From assembly GCA_050294405.1 (NCBI GenBank), contig JBNKOC010000027.1, positions 32,001 to 96,000 of the forward strand: a stretch of 64,000 bases of DNA. Direction: 5' to 3'. The translations under genes were made by a program, and so were the position numbers. Below the pieces are notes generated by a model. The model saw nothing but the letters and a program-made list of their open reading frames with translations. It was not told where the DNA came from and searched no databases. Shown here in pieces: positions 1 through 9,364 of this stretch. Source of the DNA: Fibrobacteria bacterium (GTDB lineage: Bacteria > Fibrobacterota > Fibrobacteria > UBA11236 > JADFYW01). Every line of letters begins with the position of its first letter. The first letter of the stretch is position 1.

Positions 1-782
1 TGTGAAAAGCCTGCGTATTTCGCAGCATCCATTACATGAATAATTTTGTCATAGATAATTTTGGGACTAGCTAAAATGGTAAGCTTATCAATGTCAGCAG
101 GAGGTTCTTCTCTTTTAGAAGCTGCTAATTGAAGCTTCCAAAGGTCTCGTGCCAATGCATCATATGCAGAAAGCTTTCCCAATTTAAACAAATGAATTTC
201 ATTGTTTTTCATTTGCCTCAAAGTAGGCTCTCCAATGATTTGAAATTGCTCACCAGCTTGGGGAACTCTTGTGAAAAATTCTCCCGCAGTATCCACTAAA
301 GGTTCATCTAAATGATTGAGAGCAACCATTTGAAACTCACCTGGATCTGCACTATCCTGTTTCGCTAAATAATGAAGAAAGATTTTATCTTTTTCATAAG
401 GAGTCATTTCCTTACCATCGGTAGGGCTTTTTACAACCTTCCCGTCTTCAAATAATTCACGAAAGCGATGTCCGTCGGATTTTGACCTGTATTCCACTTC
501 TTCCTGATAATAGAAGCTGGGCATAAATCCACCACTGGCACCGGCAGTTAAATAATCATTGGTAATGATTACAGTCAAATTGAGATTTTGATCATCAACT
601 TGAGTTTTAGGCTGATCAGGGGGTACTTCACTTCTTTCAGGCAAGTTCAATTCCAGAATTCCCAATTTTTCAAAAACTGCCACTGAAAGCAGAAATGGAA
701 TGAGAATGGAAAACAAGTTCATGAAGGGCAAAAGATCTAGTTCTTTCGCCTTCGCTTTTTGGTGTCTGGATTTAAATGCCAT
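1..782 (-). CDS. ExbD/TolR-family biopolymer transport protein with a large insertion; 3' end runs off the window
   Basis: Not in the ORF track. My translation from ATG at 782 gives MAFKSRHQKAKAKELDLLPFMNLFSILIPFLLSVAVF (single TM) ... IIYDKIIHVMDAAKYAGFS (typical ExbD C-terminus). It follows the ExbB-like gene directly. Confidence 0.85.
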   Translation of the reverse strand, partial: MAFKSRHQKAKAKELDLLPFMNLFSILIPFLLSVAVFEKLGILELNLPERSEVPPDQPKTQVDDQNLNLTVIITNDYLTAGASGGFMPSFYYQEEVEYRSKSDGHRFRELFEDGKVVKSPTDGKEMTPYEKDKIFLHYLAKQDSADPGEFQMVALNHLDEPLVDTAGEFFTRVPQAGEQFQIIGEPTLRQMKNNEIHLFKLGKLSAYDALARDLWKLQLAASKREEPPADIDKLTILASPKIIYDKIIHVMDAAKYAGFS

Positions 783-800
783 AATTAGAAATCCTAACTA

Positions 801-1415
801 TTAAATAAGGTTCATTACTTTTACAGCTTTTTCTTCTAATTCTTCAATCAATCTTTCAGATTGAGAAGTAAGCAGACCGTGCATGAAAATGGTAGGAATC
901 GCAACAGTCAAACCGAAGAATGTAGTACCCATCGCGATAGAAATACCGTTTGCAAGAGCAGCAGGACGTTCAGCGGCAGGCAAGTTAGCTACAGCGTCAA
1001 AGGAAACAATCAAACCGTAAATTGTACCCAAAAGACCAGCAAGTGTGGCCAAGTTAGCTACAGTAATCAACAGGTTTAAATAGCGTCCAATTCTTGGAGC
1101 TTCAGTAAGATATACTTCATCAACAGCTTTGTCGATATAAGAAGATCCTCTGTCCTTGTTATTAAGAACGGCAGAAATTACACTAGCCAAAGGAAAAGAC
1201 TGGCTTGCAGCGTGTTTTCCGGCTTCGTCCAATTTACCGGCTTGGAGCAAACGAGCGATATTGCTCATAAAAGCACCGCGGCCAGAAGAACATTTGATAT
1301 ATATATAGTAGGCACGTTCAGCAACTAGTGCTAGTGCGAGCGCACCAAAAATTAAAATGGCCCACATAAATACAGAACCATCTTTTTGGAATCCAGAAGC
1401 GATTACATTAAGCAT
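801..1415 (-). CDS. MotA/TolQ/ExbB proton channel family protein
   Basis: Three TM segments; motifs ATLAGLLGTIYGLI and ALANGISIAMGTTFFGLTVAIP; AAGGA RBS upstream. Confidence 0.93.
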   Translation of the reverse strand: MLNVIASGFQKDGSVFMWAILIFGALALALVAERAYYIYIKCSSGRGAFMSNIARLLQAGKLDEAGKHAASQSFPLASVISAVLNNKDRGSSYIDKAVDEVYLTEAPRIGRYLNLLITVANLATLAGLLGTIYGLIVSFDAVANLPAAERPAALANGISIAMGTTFFGLTVAIPTIFMHGLLTSQSERLIEELEEKAVKVMNLI

Positions 1416-1526
1416 TTTTTATCCTTTTTTAATTGAGTTGAGGTGATGATGTGATTGTGGTTTTTTTAAGATCAACATTTCCTAGTTAATTAGTTAAAAG
1501 ATAGACCAAAAAGGTTTTTCCTGCTG

Positions 1527-1559
1527 GCTGTTTTTAGAGATTTTTATTCTAAAAACAGC
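1527..1559. other. Intergenic hairpin (12-bp stem), possible mRNA-stabilising or attenuating structure
   Basis: GCTGTTTTTAGA-N9-TCTAAAAACAGC; no clear U-tract on the minus strand. Confidence 0.45.
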
Positions 1560-1570
1560 TTAAACAAGCC

Positions 1571-4500
1571 TTATTCATTGCTGCTGGCAGCAGCGCCTGG
1601 CCCAGCGTTTTCTTTGTCGATTTCCTTCAGCAATCTCTCAATTTCCATTTTTGCCGCAGCTTCCATTTCATTGAGCATTTTGATTTTTTTGGATTCTGAC
1701 ATACTTGGATCTTCAAAAATTTGGGCGATTTTCTCGCTATTCGCCTTATAAGTATCATCCACATAATTTTTCATCATATCTTTTTCAGCATCTGTCAGGG
1801 CTTTTAACTGAAGTTCAGGAGCTTCCGGGTCGATTTCTCCAAGAACAGATTTGATACGAGCCACAACATCGTTATCAATGGAATAGAATTGAGCCGCTTT
1901 AAGACCTGTTCCGAAAGGAACTTTGGATTGTTGATTCATTTCATAGCGTTTGTCTTCCAAAATGGCTTTGTACTCCGCTTCCTCCTCAGGAGATAATCCT
2001 TGAGGTATTGGAGAGTTTGCCAAAATATTTCCCAAATCCAGGAAGACCTGTCCTTTGAGTAGATAGGTTGTCATGTATTGTTCTTCGGAAAGTTTAATCC
2101 ACTCATTGCCAGACAATCCTTGCTCACGAGCTAGGTCTAGGTTTTTCTGATAAATACTTCTGGCTTTGTCATAAAGACCTGGTAAGCCGCGGAGGATTTG
2201 AATTTTTTCTCCGAGGATAGCTTCTTGTGAACGTGCCTGGATTTTTTCCTCACTTGTGATTCTAGCCATGCTCATAAACAAATCACCCATTTTCAAGGTA
2301 CTGCGCAAGGTCCATTCCTGCTCTGATTGCTCAAGAGAGAATGTAAAGTGTTCCACAGATTCCTGAAGATCTTTTGTCAATTCTTTCAAGCGTTGGGCAT
2401 TTACTTTCTTAGAAGAATTCAACTTGCGACCATCCACCTTTGTGAAATAAATTTCACCTGCTCTATAAGCTGCTTCGGCTGGTATAGCACTTGGAATTTC
2501 CACATCTTTAGCAGCAAGAAAGGTTTTCTTAACATCGCTGAAATAATCCACCGCCTCTTCGGGCTTGTTTAGCTTTTCCTGGTAAATTTTTCCAGCGGCA
2601 AGCTGGGCACGAATAAGCTTCTGAGGATCTTTGTTGTATTTCTTAATGAATGTTTCATAGGACTTAACAGCCTGTGAAAAGTTTCCTCTTTTCTCCTGAA
2701 TCAAAGGCACAGAGAACAGGGCTTCGAGAGCATAGTTGCTTTTAGCGTATTTATCGCCAAGCAATTCATATACACGAATGGCATTGCTCCAATCTTCCAG
2801 CTCTTCGTAAGTCTGACCGGCATTATAAATAAAAGAAGGGGTCTTTACATCTTGCGGGAAAAATTGATGGGCGCTTTCGTATGTTTTAGCAGCCATCGCC
2901 AAGCTCTTTCCTTCCGTATAGGCTTCAGCAGCCCAACCAATAGAGCTGAAAGCTGTTGAATCCTTGGGGAACTTATTGCGAACAATTAGGAAGGTTTCAG
3001 CACTTTCTTTAAACTGCTCATTTTTCTTGTAGATACTGGCCGCTCTTAAGATGGATTTAATAGCCAATTCTGATTTGGGGAAACTGGTGTGTAAGCCAAG
3101 GAAAGTGCTGGTTGCATTGGGAACATCCTTCGCTTCTTCATACTGAGCACCGGCTTCAAACATGGCTTTATCGGCGATATTAACACCTTTGTACTTGTTG
3201 GCCACTCTCATGTAAGCTTCAGCGGCTTCCTTGTGCTGACCATTTTTAACTTTTTGATCGGCCTGTTTAAAAATAGCTGAGGCTACGGACAGTTCAATAT
3301 CAGCGTAAGCTTTGTCATTTTTAGGAGTATTGTTGAGGAGCTCAGCAAATACTTTTTCTGATTCTTCATAGTTGCCGCTCTCTAACAAGCTCTGTCCCAA
3401 CATTCTGCGAATCAAGTTGGTATGTTTATGGCTTTTAAAATTGGCCAAAAGGTCTCTTAAGGAGTTAACCGCTTTGTCATATTGCTTGGCTTCGTAATGC
3501 ACTAGCGCAGCATTGTAAGCAATATCAGGGGCAGAATTGGAAGTTCCAAATTTACCCATGTAAGATTCAACAGCATCAAAGTACTTTCGGGTTTCCGCTT
3601 TTGCATAAGCTTGCTCTTTGTTATCGCCCAAAGATTTTACAACCTGCTGTCTATCCAAATCCAACATGTAGACTTGGTTGTAAGCCGCATCTCCAGCTGT
3701 GAGAATACTCTTTTTCTTTTCAGCAGAAAGTTTCCCGTATTTCGAGGTATTGGCATTGGCGCACCAAGCATATTCTTCTGCGGCCTTTGAGTACTGATTC
3801 AGCAGATTATAAACTGCACCAAGATTTTGGTGTGCTTCGTAAACTTCCCAAGAATCTTCGCTATATCTGCTAATATAGGCTTTATACCCAGATTCGGCTT
3901 TTGCTAACAAATCCTTATTTGGATTCTTTTTATCTTCAGCAGCCTTGTTATGATAATAAAGAGGAATTTGGAACATAGCGTTTTTAACAGCTTTTTGAGC
4001 ATCGGCCATTCCTTCTTTGTTTCCTGAATTTGCTCTTTCCCAGGCAGAACCGGGGCGATATCTTTCCACTAAGGAAATACGCGCTTCCTGAGCTTCGTCA
4101 GGACGTTTTTCAATAACCAAAGTTTTAACAATATTAATATCGGCTTGGGGAGCTTTAGGATAGTTGGGGTCGATGTCCAGCAAATGTTTGAAAGCCTTGC
4201 GAGCTTCTTCCAAACGATCGTGACTTAGATTTTTTTCTCCCATTTGATAGTAAACATCATTTTCCCAGTTATGTCCTTTACCATGCAAAAATTTATACGC
4301 TCTTTCTACGCCATCTTCCATGTCCGCCCAACAGGCAGCCATAAACTCTCTGGCTTCTAAAGCAAGATCCCCTTTGATTTCACCTTGTTCTGCACGAATT
4401 ACAAAGTCGTAATACAATTCAGCTGCTTTTCCAAAATCAGCCATGTTATAATAACATTCGGCCTTGTGATAAAGGGCCAACGCAGCTTCCTGACCACCGT

Positions 4501-5266
4501 AAGAAGCAGGTATTTTCTCGTAGGCTTCAATAGCTTTTTTATAGCTGCGCAACATGTACCAGTGTTCACCAATACGCAATTGTGCAGGAACATATAGGGG
4601 ATGATCGGGATATTGCTTAACTAATTTATCCAAAAATTGGAACGCTTCATCATCTTTTCCTTGAATACTGTATATAAAGGCCAGGCGATAATAAACCTTA
4701 GGAATTTCGGAATATTTGGGATAATCCTTCATGATTATTTCAAAATACTGCAAAGATTTGTCGTGATTTCTGGTAGGGGGAGTTGGCTCTACGCCTTTTT
4801 TATCTCTGTCTTCCCATTTTTGCATATCCTTTTCGTATTTGGTTTGCTTAATACGAAAGTCATCTTCTTCGTTTCTGAAATTTAAGTTACCAAGCTGAAA
4901 GTAGGCTAAAGCACATCGGCTGTTTTTGCTATCCTTACAAGTTTTTACAAAGTCTTCAAACTGTTTAATGTTATTCTGACGGTTTTCAATATCTTCTTCG
5001 ATGGTCTTGTTAGATTGAGACCGACGTTCATCGCGTTTTTGGTTTTCCAAAGCTGTTTTTCTCTTGAATTCATTCAGCTCTTTTTGATATTTATCTTTGC
5101 GCTTTTCGTATTTTTCCAAACATTCAGACCTATCCGGTTCAGATTGCTTATCGCATTTTTTCTTAAGTTGTATAAGTTTAGAGCGTTCTTTCTTGAAATC
5201 TTTTAGCGATGCGCCAAAAGAAGGTAAAGTAAATAATCCAATTAATAATATTACCAGTGTTTTCAT
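1571..5266 (-). CDS. Large exported TPR-repeat protein (CpoB/BamD/Glt-like TPRs)
   Basis: Signal peptide MKTLVILLIGLFTLPSFGA; many repeats of type A..Y..L...YP.S...A... Confidence 0.85.
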   Translation of the reverse strand: MKTLVILLIGLFTLPSFGASLKDFKKERSKLIQLKKKCDKQSEPDRSECLEKYEKRKDKYQKELNEFKRKTALENQKRDERRSQSNKTIEEDIENRQNNIKQFEDFVKTCKDSKNSRCALAYFQLGNLNFRNEEDDFRIKQTKYEKDMQKWEDRDKKGVEPTPPTRNHDKSLQYFEIIMKDYPKYSEIPKVYYRLAFIYSIQGKDDEAFQFLDKLVKQYPDHPLYVPAQLRIGEHWYMLRSYKKAIEAYEKIPASYGGQEAALALYHKAECYYNMADFGKAAELYYDFVIRAEQGEIKGDLALEAREFMAACWADMEDGVERAYKFLHGKGHNWENDVYYQMGEKNLSHDRLEEARKAFKHLLDIDPNYPKAPQADINIVKTLVIEKRPDEAQEARISLVERYRPGSAWERANSGNKEGMADAQKAVKNAMFQIPLYYHNKAAEDKKNPNKDLLAKAESGYKAYISRYSEDSWEVYEAHQNLGAVYNLLNQYSKAAEEYAWCANANTSKYGKLSAEKKKSILTAGDAAYNQVYMLDLDRQQVVKSLGDNKEQAYAKAETRKYFDAVESYMGKFGTSNSAPDIAYNAALVHYEAKQYDKAVNSLRDLLANFKSHKHTNLIRRMLGQSLLESGNYEESEKVFAELLNNTPKNDKAYADIELSVASAIFKQADQKVKNGQHKEAAEAYMRVANKYKGVNIADKAMFEAGAQYEEAKDVPNATSTFLGLHTSFPKSELAIKSILRAASIYKKNEQFKESAETFLIVRNKFPKDSTAFSSIGWAAEAYTEGKSLAMAAKTYESAHQFFPQDVKTPSFIYNAGQTYEELEDWSNAIRVYELLGDKYAKSNYALEALFSVPLIQEKRGNFSQAVKSYETFIKKYNKDPQKLIRAQLAAGKIYQEKLNKPEEAVDYFSDVKKTFLAAKDVEIPSAIPAEAAYRAGEIYFTKVDGRKLNSSKKVNAQRLKELTKDLQESVEHFTFSLEQSEQEWTLRSTLKMGDLFMSMARITSEEKIQARSQEAILGEKIQILRGLPGLYDKARSIYQKNLDLAREQGLSGNEWIKLSEEQYMTTYLLKGQVFLDLGNILANSPIPQGLSPEEEAEYKAILEDKRYEMNQQSKVPFGTGLKAAQFYSIDNDVVARIKSVLGEIDPEAPELQLKALTDAEKDMMKNYVDDTYKANSEKIAQIFEDPSMSESKKIKMLNEMEAAAKMEIERLLKEIDKENAGPGAAASSNE

Positions 5267-5285
5267 AGGGGGTCCTCAATAATAC

Positions 5286-5307
5286 TGGATGCGGGTTTCC
5301 GCATCCA
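5286..5307. other. Intergenic GC-rich hairpin between the two TPR genes
   Basis: TGGATGCGG-GTTT-CCGCATCCA, perfect 9-bp stem. Confidence 0.5.
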
Positions 5308-5333
5308 TTAAATTTAAGCCACAAGTTTTCATG

Positions 5334-7574
5334 CTATTCCAGTTCTAGGTCTTCCAAATCCTGTTGAGATGGACCACGCTGTTCGTCTTTCGTGTCCATA
5401 ATATTCTGAACAGTTGCCTTGGTGTATTTGGCATCCTGAACGACGCGTTCCCGGTTTTTAACAAAGCGTTCATTCAATTCAACTTGATGCAAAAATTCTA
5501 CATACTGCTCAATATCTGTTTGAACAGCTTCAAACTCAGGTCTAAGTTCGTCTCTTTTTTGTAAAACACGAGCGGAAGGAATTTGATCGGACAGGGAAAG
5601 CGCTCTATCCTGTACTGATTCAAATTTCGCTCTGGTGTCTTGATTCTTGGATTTTCTGTCCTGCTTTTCGCTTTCAGAGATTACTTGAGCATTTGATTTT
5701 TCGATGGCCTTATCAAAAGATTCCAATGCTTTTTTATAATCCTTCTCAAAGTAATAGCAGTAACCTCTTAATAACAAAGCTTCGCCAGCCAGCAAGCTAT
5801 TGGGATTAGAAGACAATAGCTCTTCCACAGCTTGCGCAGTTTTATCAAACTTTTGAGCTTTCAGGAAAGACCAGGCCAATCCCAATAAAGCTTCATCGTA
5901 TTTGGAAGAAGTGGGAGAAACAGAGTTATAATATTTCGCGGCTTCCAGCAATCTGGGAGGTTCTGCATCAAAAGCAAAGTGGCCCAATTTCACTGAAGCA
6001 ATATCCTGAAGCTCTTGTTCAGAAATATTAGATGGAGATACTTCTGTAATGTCTTTCAAGCAAGCAACAGCCTCTTCATTTTTCTTTTGCTTGAAGTAGC
6101 ACATGGAAAGTGTATAACGAGCATACACATAGTTCGCATTACCGGGTAAAATGGGTTTTAACAAGCGAATAGCGCCAGAGTAGTCGTCTTGCATAAATAG
6201 AATTTGCCCCATAACGTAATCCGCATCAGGTTTAATGTCGGACTCTTTATATAGGTTATTAATAAGCTGATATTTTTCAGCGGCCTCTTTGAAACGACGT
6301 TCTTTATAGTCGATGTTCATCAACTGGAATATGTACCTGGGCTTGGCATCAGACATGGAGTAGTCTTTAATAGCCCTGTTGTAAACTGTTTTAGCTGCTT
6401 TGTGCATTCTTAAGTTTTCAAAGGATTTTCCTTTATAGTAAGCGGCCAAATCTACCAGATGGAAAGCAGGGTATTTGGTGATTACCTTACCAAACGCATA
6501 AGAGGCTAACAAAAATTTTCTGGCAAGGTAAAGACGCATAGCTTCTCTGTAAGCATCTTCCGGTTCCAATTTAAGTCTGCGGTATCTGGCAGCCCCAATT
6601 CTCTCTTCACGAGTGGGACCAACGCGAGTTACAGCTTTTAGGTTCCAAGCAATACCACGGCTTCTGTCCTGAGTGGAAAGTCTATCGTGAGAAAGGTCTA
6701 AATCAAATTGCAGATAACGGAAAAGGTTCACTCTTTTTACACGTACAGTACCACCAACAACGGGATAACCCTGTTTGCTGTATTTAAATTTAATTCCCAA
6801 CATTGGGGCAATAAAATAAGTCATGCGACCGCTGTACAAAGGGAGAATTTCCGCTGGAGCTTCTACTGTTCCATTTGATTTAGTGAGATTCACCAAGCTT
6901 GCAGAGCCTGCCAACTCCAGAGATTGATTAAAAAGCCTCCAAAAACCGGAGATGTTAGCATTCATGGGAACATCGTATTCACCGTTTCCGTCGGACAATT
7001 TAACTTTTGGTTGTAAAACGTTCTGGACAGCAAGGCCGAATTGCAAATGCCCCCAACGAGAGTTAGATACTGGGTTCCAGGATAATCCAAGATCAGCGCC
7101 AAAACTAAAGAATTTTTGGATTTCAAAAAGGCTGAATTGGATCATAGAAACATTAAGACCAACGGAAAGATTATGAGCGAAAGGCCCAGTTGAAGGACCC
7201 ATTCTGTAGGCATAACCCAGCTGGTATGCATTTTCGATGTAGGCTGGAGGAGTATAACCTTGCTCTTCGTCTTCGTCCAAAGCCGCGCCGTTTTCAAAAA
7301 AGGTGAATCCAACGGAGTGGTTGTAATCGAAAGGATGGACAATTGCCAAGAACTCCTGACCGGCATTTCCGCTTAGGGTACTAAAAATACCGCCGGAAAT
7401 TTCAATTTGATCATTCTCTGCAATAGACGCAGGGTTTACATATTGAGCAGTGTTTTCCCCAAAATCCAAAAACCAGTCATTTTGCTGGTATTGGTGCGGG
7501 GTATAATCCTGAGCAAAGGCTCCCGTTAAGAGAAGGGAGACTATAAATACAGAACTAAGTATGCAGTGTTTCAA
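5334..7574 (-). CDS. Exported protein with an N-terminal PorV/PorP-like beta-barrel region and C-terminal TPR repeats
   Basis: Signal peptide; YVNPASIA; amphipathic strands (AYQLGYAYR, LSVGLNVS, FGADLGLSW, FGLAVQNV); TPRs after ~aa 335; TTG start with GGAGG overlapping the upstream stop. Confidence 0.7.
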   Translation of the reverse strand: MKHCILSSVFIVSLLLTGAFAQDYTPHQYQQNDWFLDFGENTAQYVNPASIAENDQIEISGGIFSTLSGNAGQEFLAIVHPFDYNHSVGFTFFENGAALDEDEEQGYTPPAYIENAYQLGYAYRMGPSTGPFAHNLSVGLNVSMIQFSLFEIQKFFSFGADLGLSWNPVSNSRWGHLQFGLAVQNVLQPKVKLSDGNGEYDVPMNANISGFWRLFNQSLELAGSASLVNLTKSNGTVEAPAEILPLYSGRMTYFIAPMLGIKFKYSKQGYPVVGGTVRVKRVNLFRYLQFDLDLSHDRLSTQDRSRGIAWNLKAVTRVGPTREERIGAARYRRLKLEPEDAYREAMRLYLARKFLLASYAFGKVITKYPAFHLVDLAAYYKGKSFENLRMHKAAKTVYNRAIKDYSMSDAKPRYIFQLMNIDYKERRFKEAAEKYQLINNLYKESDIKPDADYVMGQILFMQDDYSGAIRLLKPILPGNANYVYARYTLSMCYFKQKKNEEAVACLKDITEVSPSNISEQELQDIASVKLGHFAFDAEPPRLLEAAKYYNSVSPTSSKYDEALLGLAWSFLKAQKFDKTAQAVEELLSSNPNSLLAGEALLLRGYCYYFEKDYKKALESFDKAIEKSNAQVISESEKQDRKSKNQDTRAKFESVQDRALSLSDQIPSARVLQKRDELRPEFEAVQTDIEQYVEFLHQVELNERFVKNRERVVQDAKYTKATVQNIMDTKDEQRGPSQQDLEDLELE

Positions 7575-7582
7575 GGAGCCTC

Positions 7583-9076
7583 CTATTTAATTCTATAAAA
7601 TTCAATACGACGATTAGTGGCACGGCCTTCAGCAGTTTTGTTGCTGGCCTTTGGTCTTTTGCTTCCGTAACCTTTGGCTACCAAGCGACCTGCACTGATT
7701 CCGCGATTAATCAAATAATTTCTAACAGTGCTAGCCCGGTCGTGAGATAATTTGGTATTGATTTTATCTGATCCCTGGCTATCTGTGTGTCCTGCAATTT
7801 CAAAGCGGGTATTGGGAAACTGTTCCAACATATCATATACATTGTCCAGTGCATCGTAAGATTCATCCAGAAGTTCGGCGCTACCAGTTCTGAAATTTAC
7901 ACCATCAAGAGTGAATTGTTCTTCCACTTTAGTTGGTTTTTTATCTGGGCAACCGTCGGTATCTTTAAATTTGTTGAAGGTTTCAGCTCTGTCCGGACAT
8001 TTGTCCTGAGCATCGGCGATACCGTCTTTGTCGTTGTCTTCATCTGGGCAACCATCATCGTCTTCGAAGTTATCTTTATCTTCAGGAATGCTGGGACAGG
8101 CATCGTTCGCATCGGCAATTCCATCGCCATCATTGTCAAAGTCAGGACAGCCATCAGCATCTTCAAAACCATCCACATCTTCTGCGATGTAAGGGCAAGT
8201 ATCTTTTGAATCGGCAACGCCATCGCCGTCTGTATCTTCATCAACGCTAACGGTAACATCTTTTGCTAAAAGCCCCATATCTACGCGGCCGTAGCCTTTT
8301 TTACGAAGTGGGGATTTGGAGGCGATAAAGAAATTGGGCTCTGACAAACTGGGATTAATCAACATAGGGTTTTCGGAAACATTAGTCCGGTTGATTTTGG
8401 CGTAACGATTAAAAGGAATCACATTTTTGTAAATATTGTTGTAGGTGATTTGAGATTGTCCTGAAGCTGGATCAGAGTAAATGCCGTACTCGTGGTTTCC
8501 CTGAATAATATTGTTTCGGATTACCACACGACAGGGACCTTTTAAAGTGATACCGGAATAGCCGTTTCTCATGATTACATTGTGATCAATACGGGTATCC
8601 AGGGATTTTGCACCCCAGGCCAAAATACCAGACCAACGGTTACCATAAATCACGTTATTATATATAGTAGGCAGCGCAATGAAAGCTCCGATTCCGGCAC
8701 CATGGTTATCAATAATCCAGTTGTGGTGGATATTGGCTGTGGCATTTTCGCACAAAATACCGTCAATACCATTGGTGATAGTGAAATAGGCAATTTCAGA
8801 TCCGGTCACGGCGAATACCGCTGGCTGACGACGACGGCCATCAATAATGGTATTGTGCACGTTGTCTGGACCGGTGCCTGTTAAAACTACACCGTGAACA
8901 AGAGTAATGTTCTCCTTATAGCGGCCCGGTGAAACCAATACGGTATCCCCAAACTCGGCCATTTCCAGTGCGTCACTGATGGTAGGCTTATCAGCCGGAA
9001 CCCTCAGAGTCTTAGCAAAAGAAAGCTGAAGCGCTAAAGTGGATACAGAGAACAAGAAAAGTACTATTTTTTGCAT
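7583..9076 (-). CDS. OmpA-family protein: right-handed beta-helix, thrombospondin type-3 repeats and OmpA C-terminal peptidoglycan-binding domain
   Basis: TISDAL..A..GDTVLVSPGRYKEN and parallel beta-helix repeats; DxDGDG...CP repeats; GHTDSQG, LSHDRA, GYG, NRRIEF. Confidence 0.9.
   Translation of the reverse strand: MQKIVLFLFSVSTLALQLSFAKTLRVPADKPTISDALEMAEFGDTVLVSPGRYKENITLVHGVVLTGTGPDNVHNTIIDGRRRQPAVFAVTGSEIAYFTITNGIDGILCENATANIHHNWIIDNHGAGIGAFIALPTIYNNVIYGNRWSGILAWGAKSLDTRIDHNVIMRNGYSGITLKGPCRVVIRNNIIQGNHEYGIYSDPASGQSQITYNNIYKNVIPFNRYAKINRTNVSENPMLINPSLSEPNFFIASKSPLRKKGYGRVDMGLLAKDVTVSVDEDTDGDGVADSKDTCPYIAEDVDGFEDADGCPDFDNDGDGIADANDACPSIPEDKDNFEDDDGCPDEDNDKDGIADAQDKCPDRAETFNKFKDTDGCPDKKPTKVEEQFTLDGVNFRTGSAELLDESYDALDNVYDMLEQFPNTRFEIAGHTDSQGSDKINTKLSHDRASTVRNYLINRGISAGRLVAKGYGSKRPKASNKTAEGRATNRRIEFYRIK
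7940..8243 (-). repeat. Thrombospondin type-3-like Ca-binding repeats (about three 33-aa units) within the OmpA protein
   Basis: DTDGDGVADSKDTCP..EDVDGFEDADGCPD / DNDGDGIADANDACP..EDKDNFEDDDGCPD / DNDKDGIADAQDKCP..ETFNKFKDTDGCPD. Confidence 0.85.
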
Positions 9077-9364
9077 ATTCTTTCCATTGCTAAAACAGTG
9101 AAACTGTTGTATAAAACAATTTGTAGAAATTTATAAAAATTCTCCCACCCCGAGAGAAGTTTCCTCAACAACTTACCTCGAAGATAGGCATCCGTCAATT
9201 TGTTTTTTCTGTTTTTATGGTGATAAATCCCCATTTTTTATCCAGTGACAAAAAATGACTTTAAAAAACGTGGAATAACAAACTCCTTTTGCCTCTCAAT
9301 GATGCATAAATTAGTTTTAAAAGCAAAACAAGGGGTTCAAACAGAATCAAATTGAGCCCAAAAA

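Noticed and set aside
7787..8259. Alternative-frame ORFs with periodic sequence
   Set aside because: By-products of the TSP3 repeats in the OmpA gene
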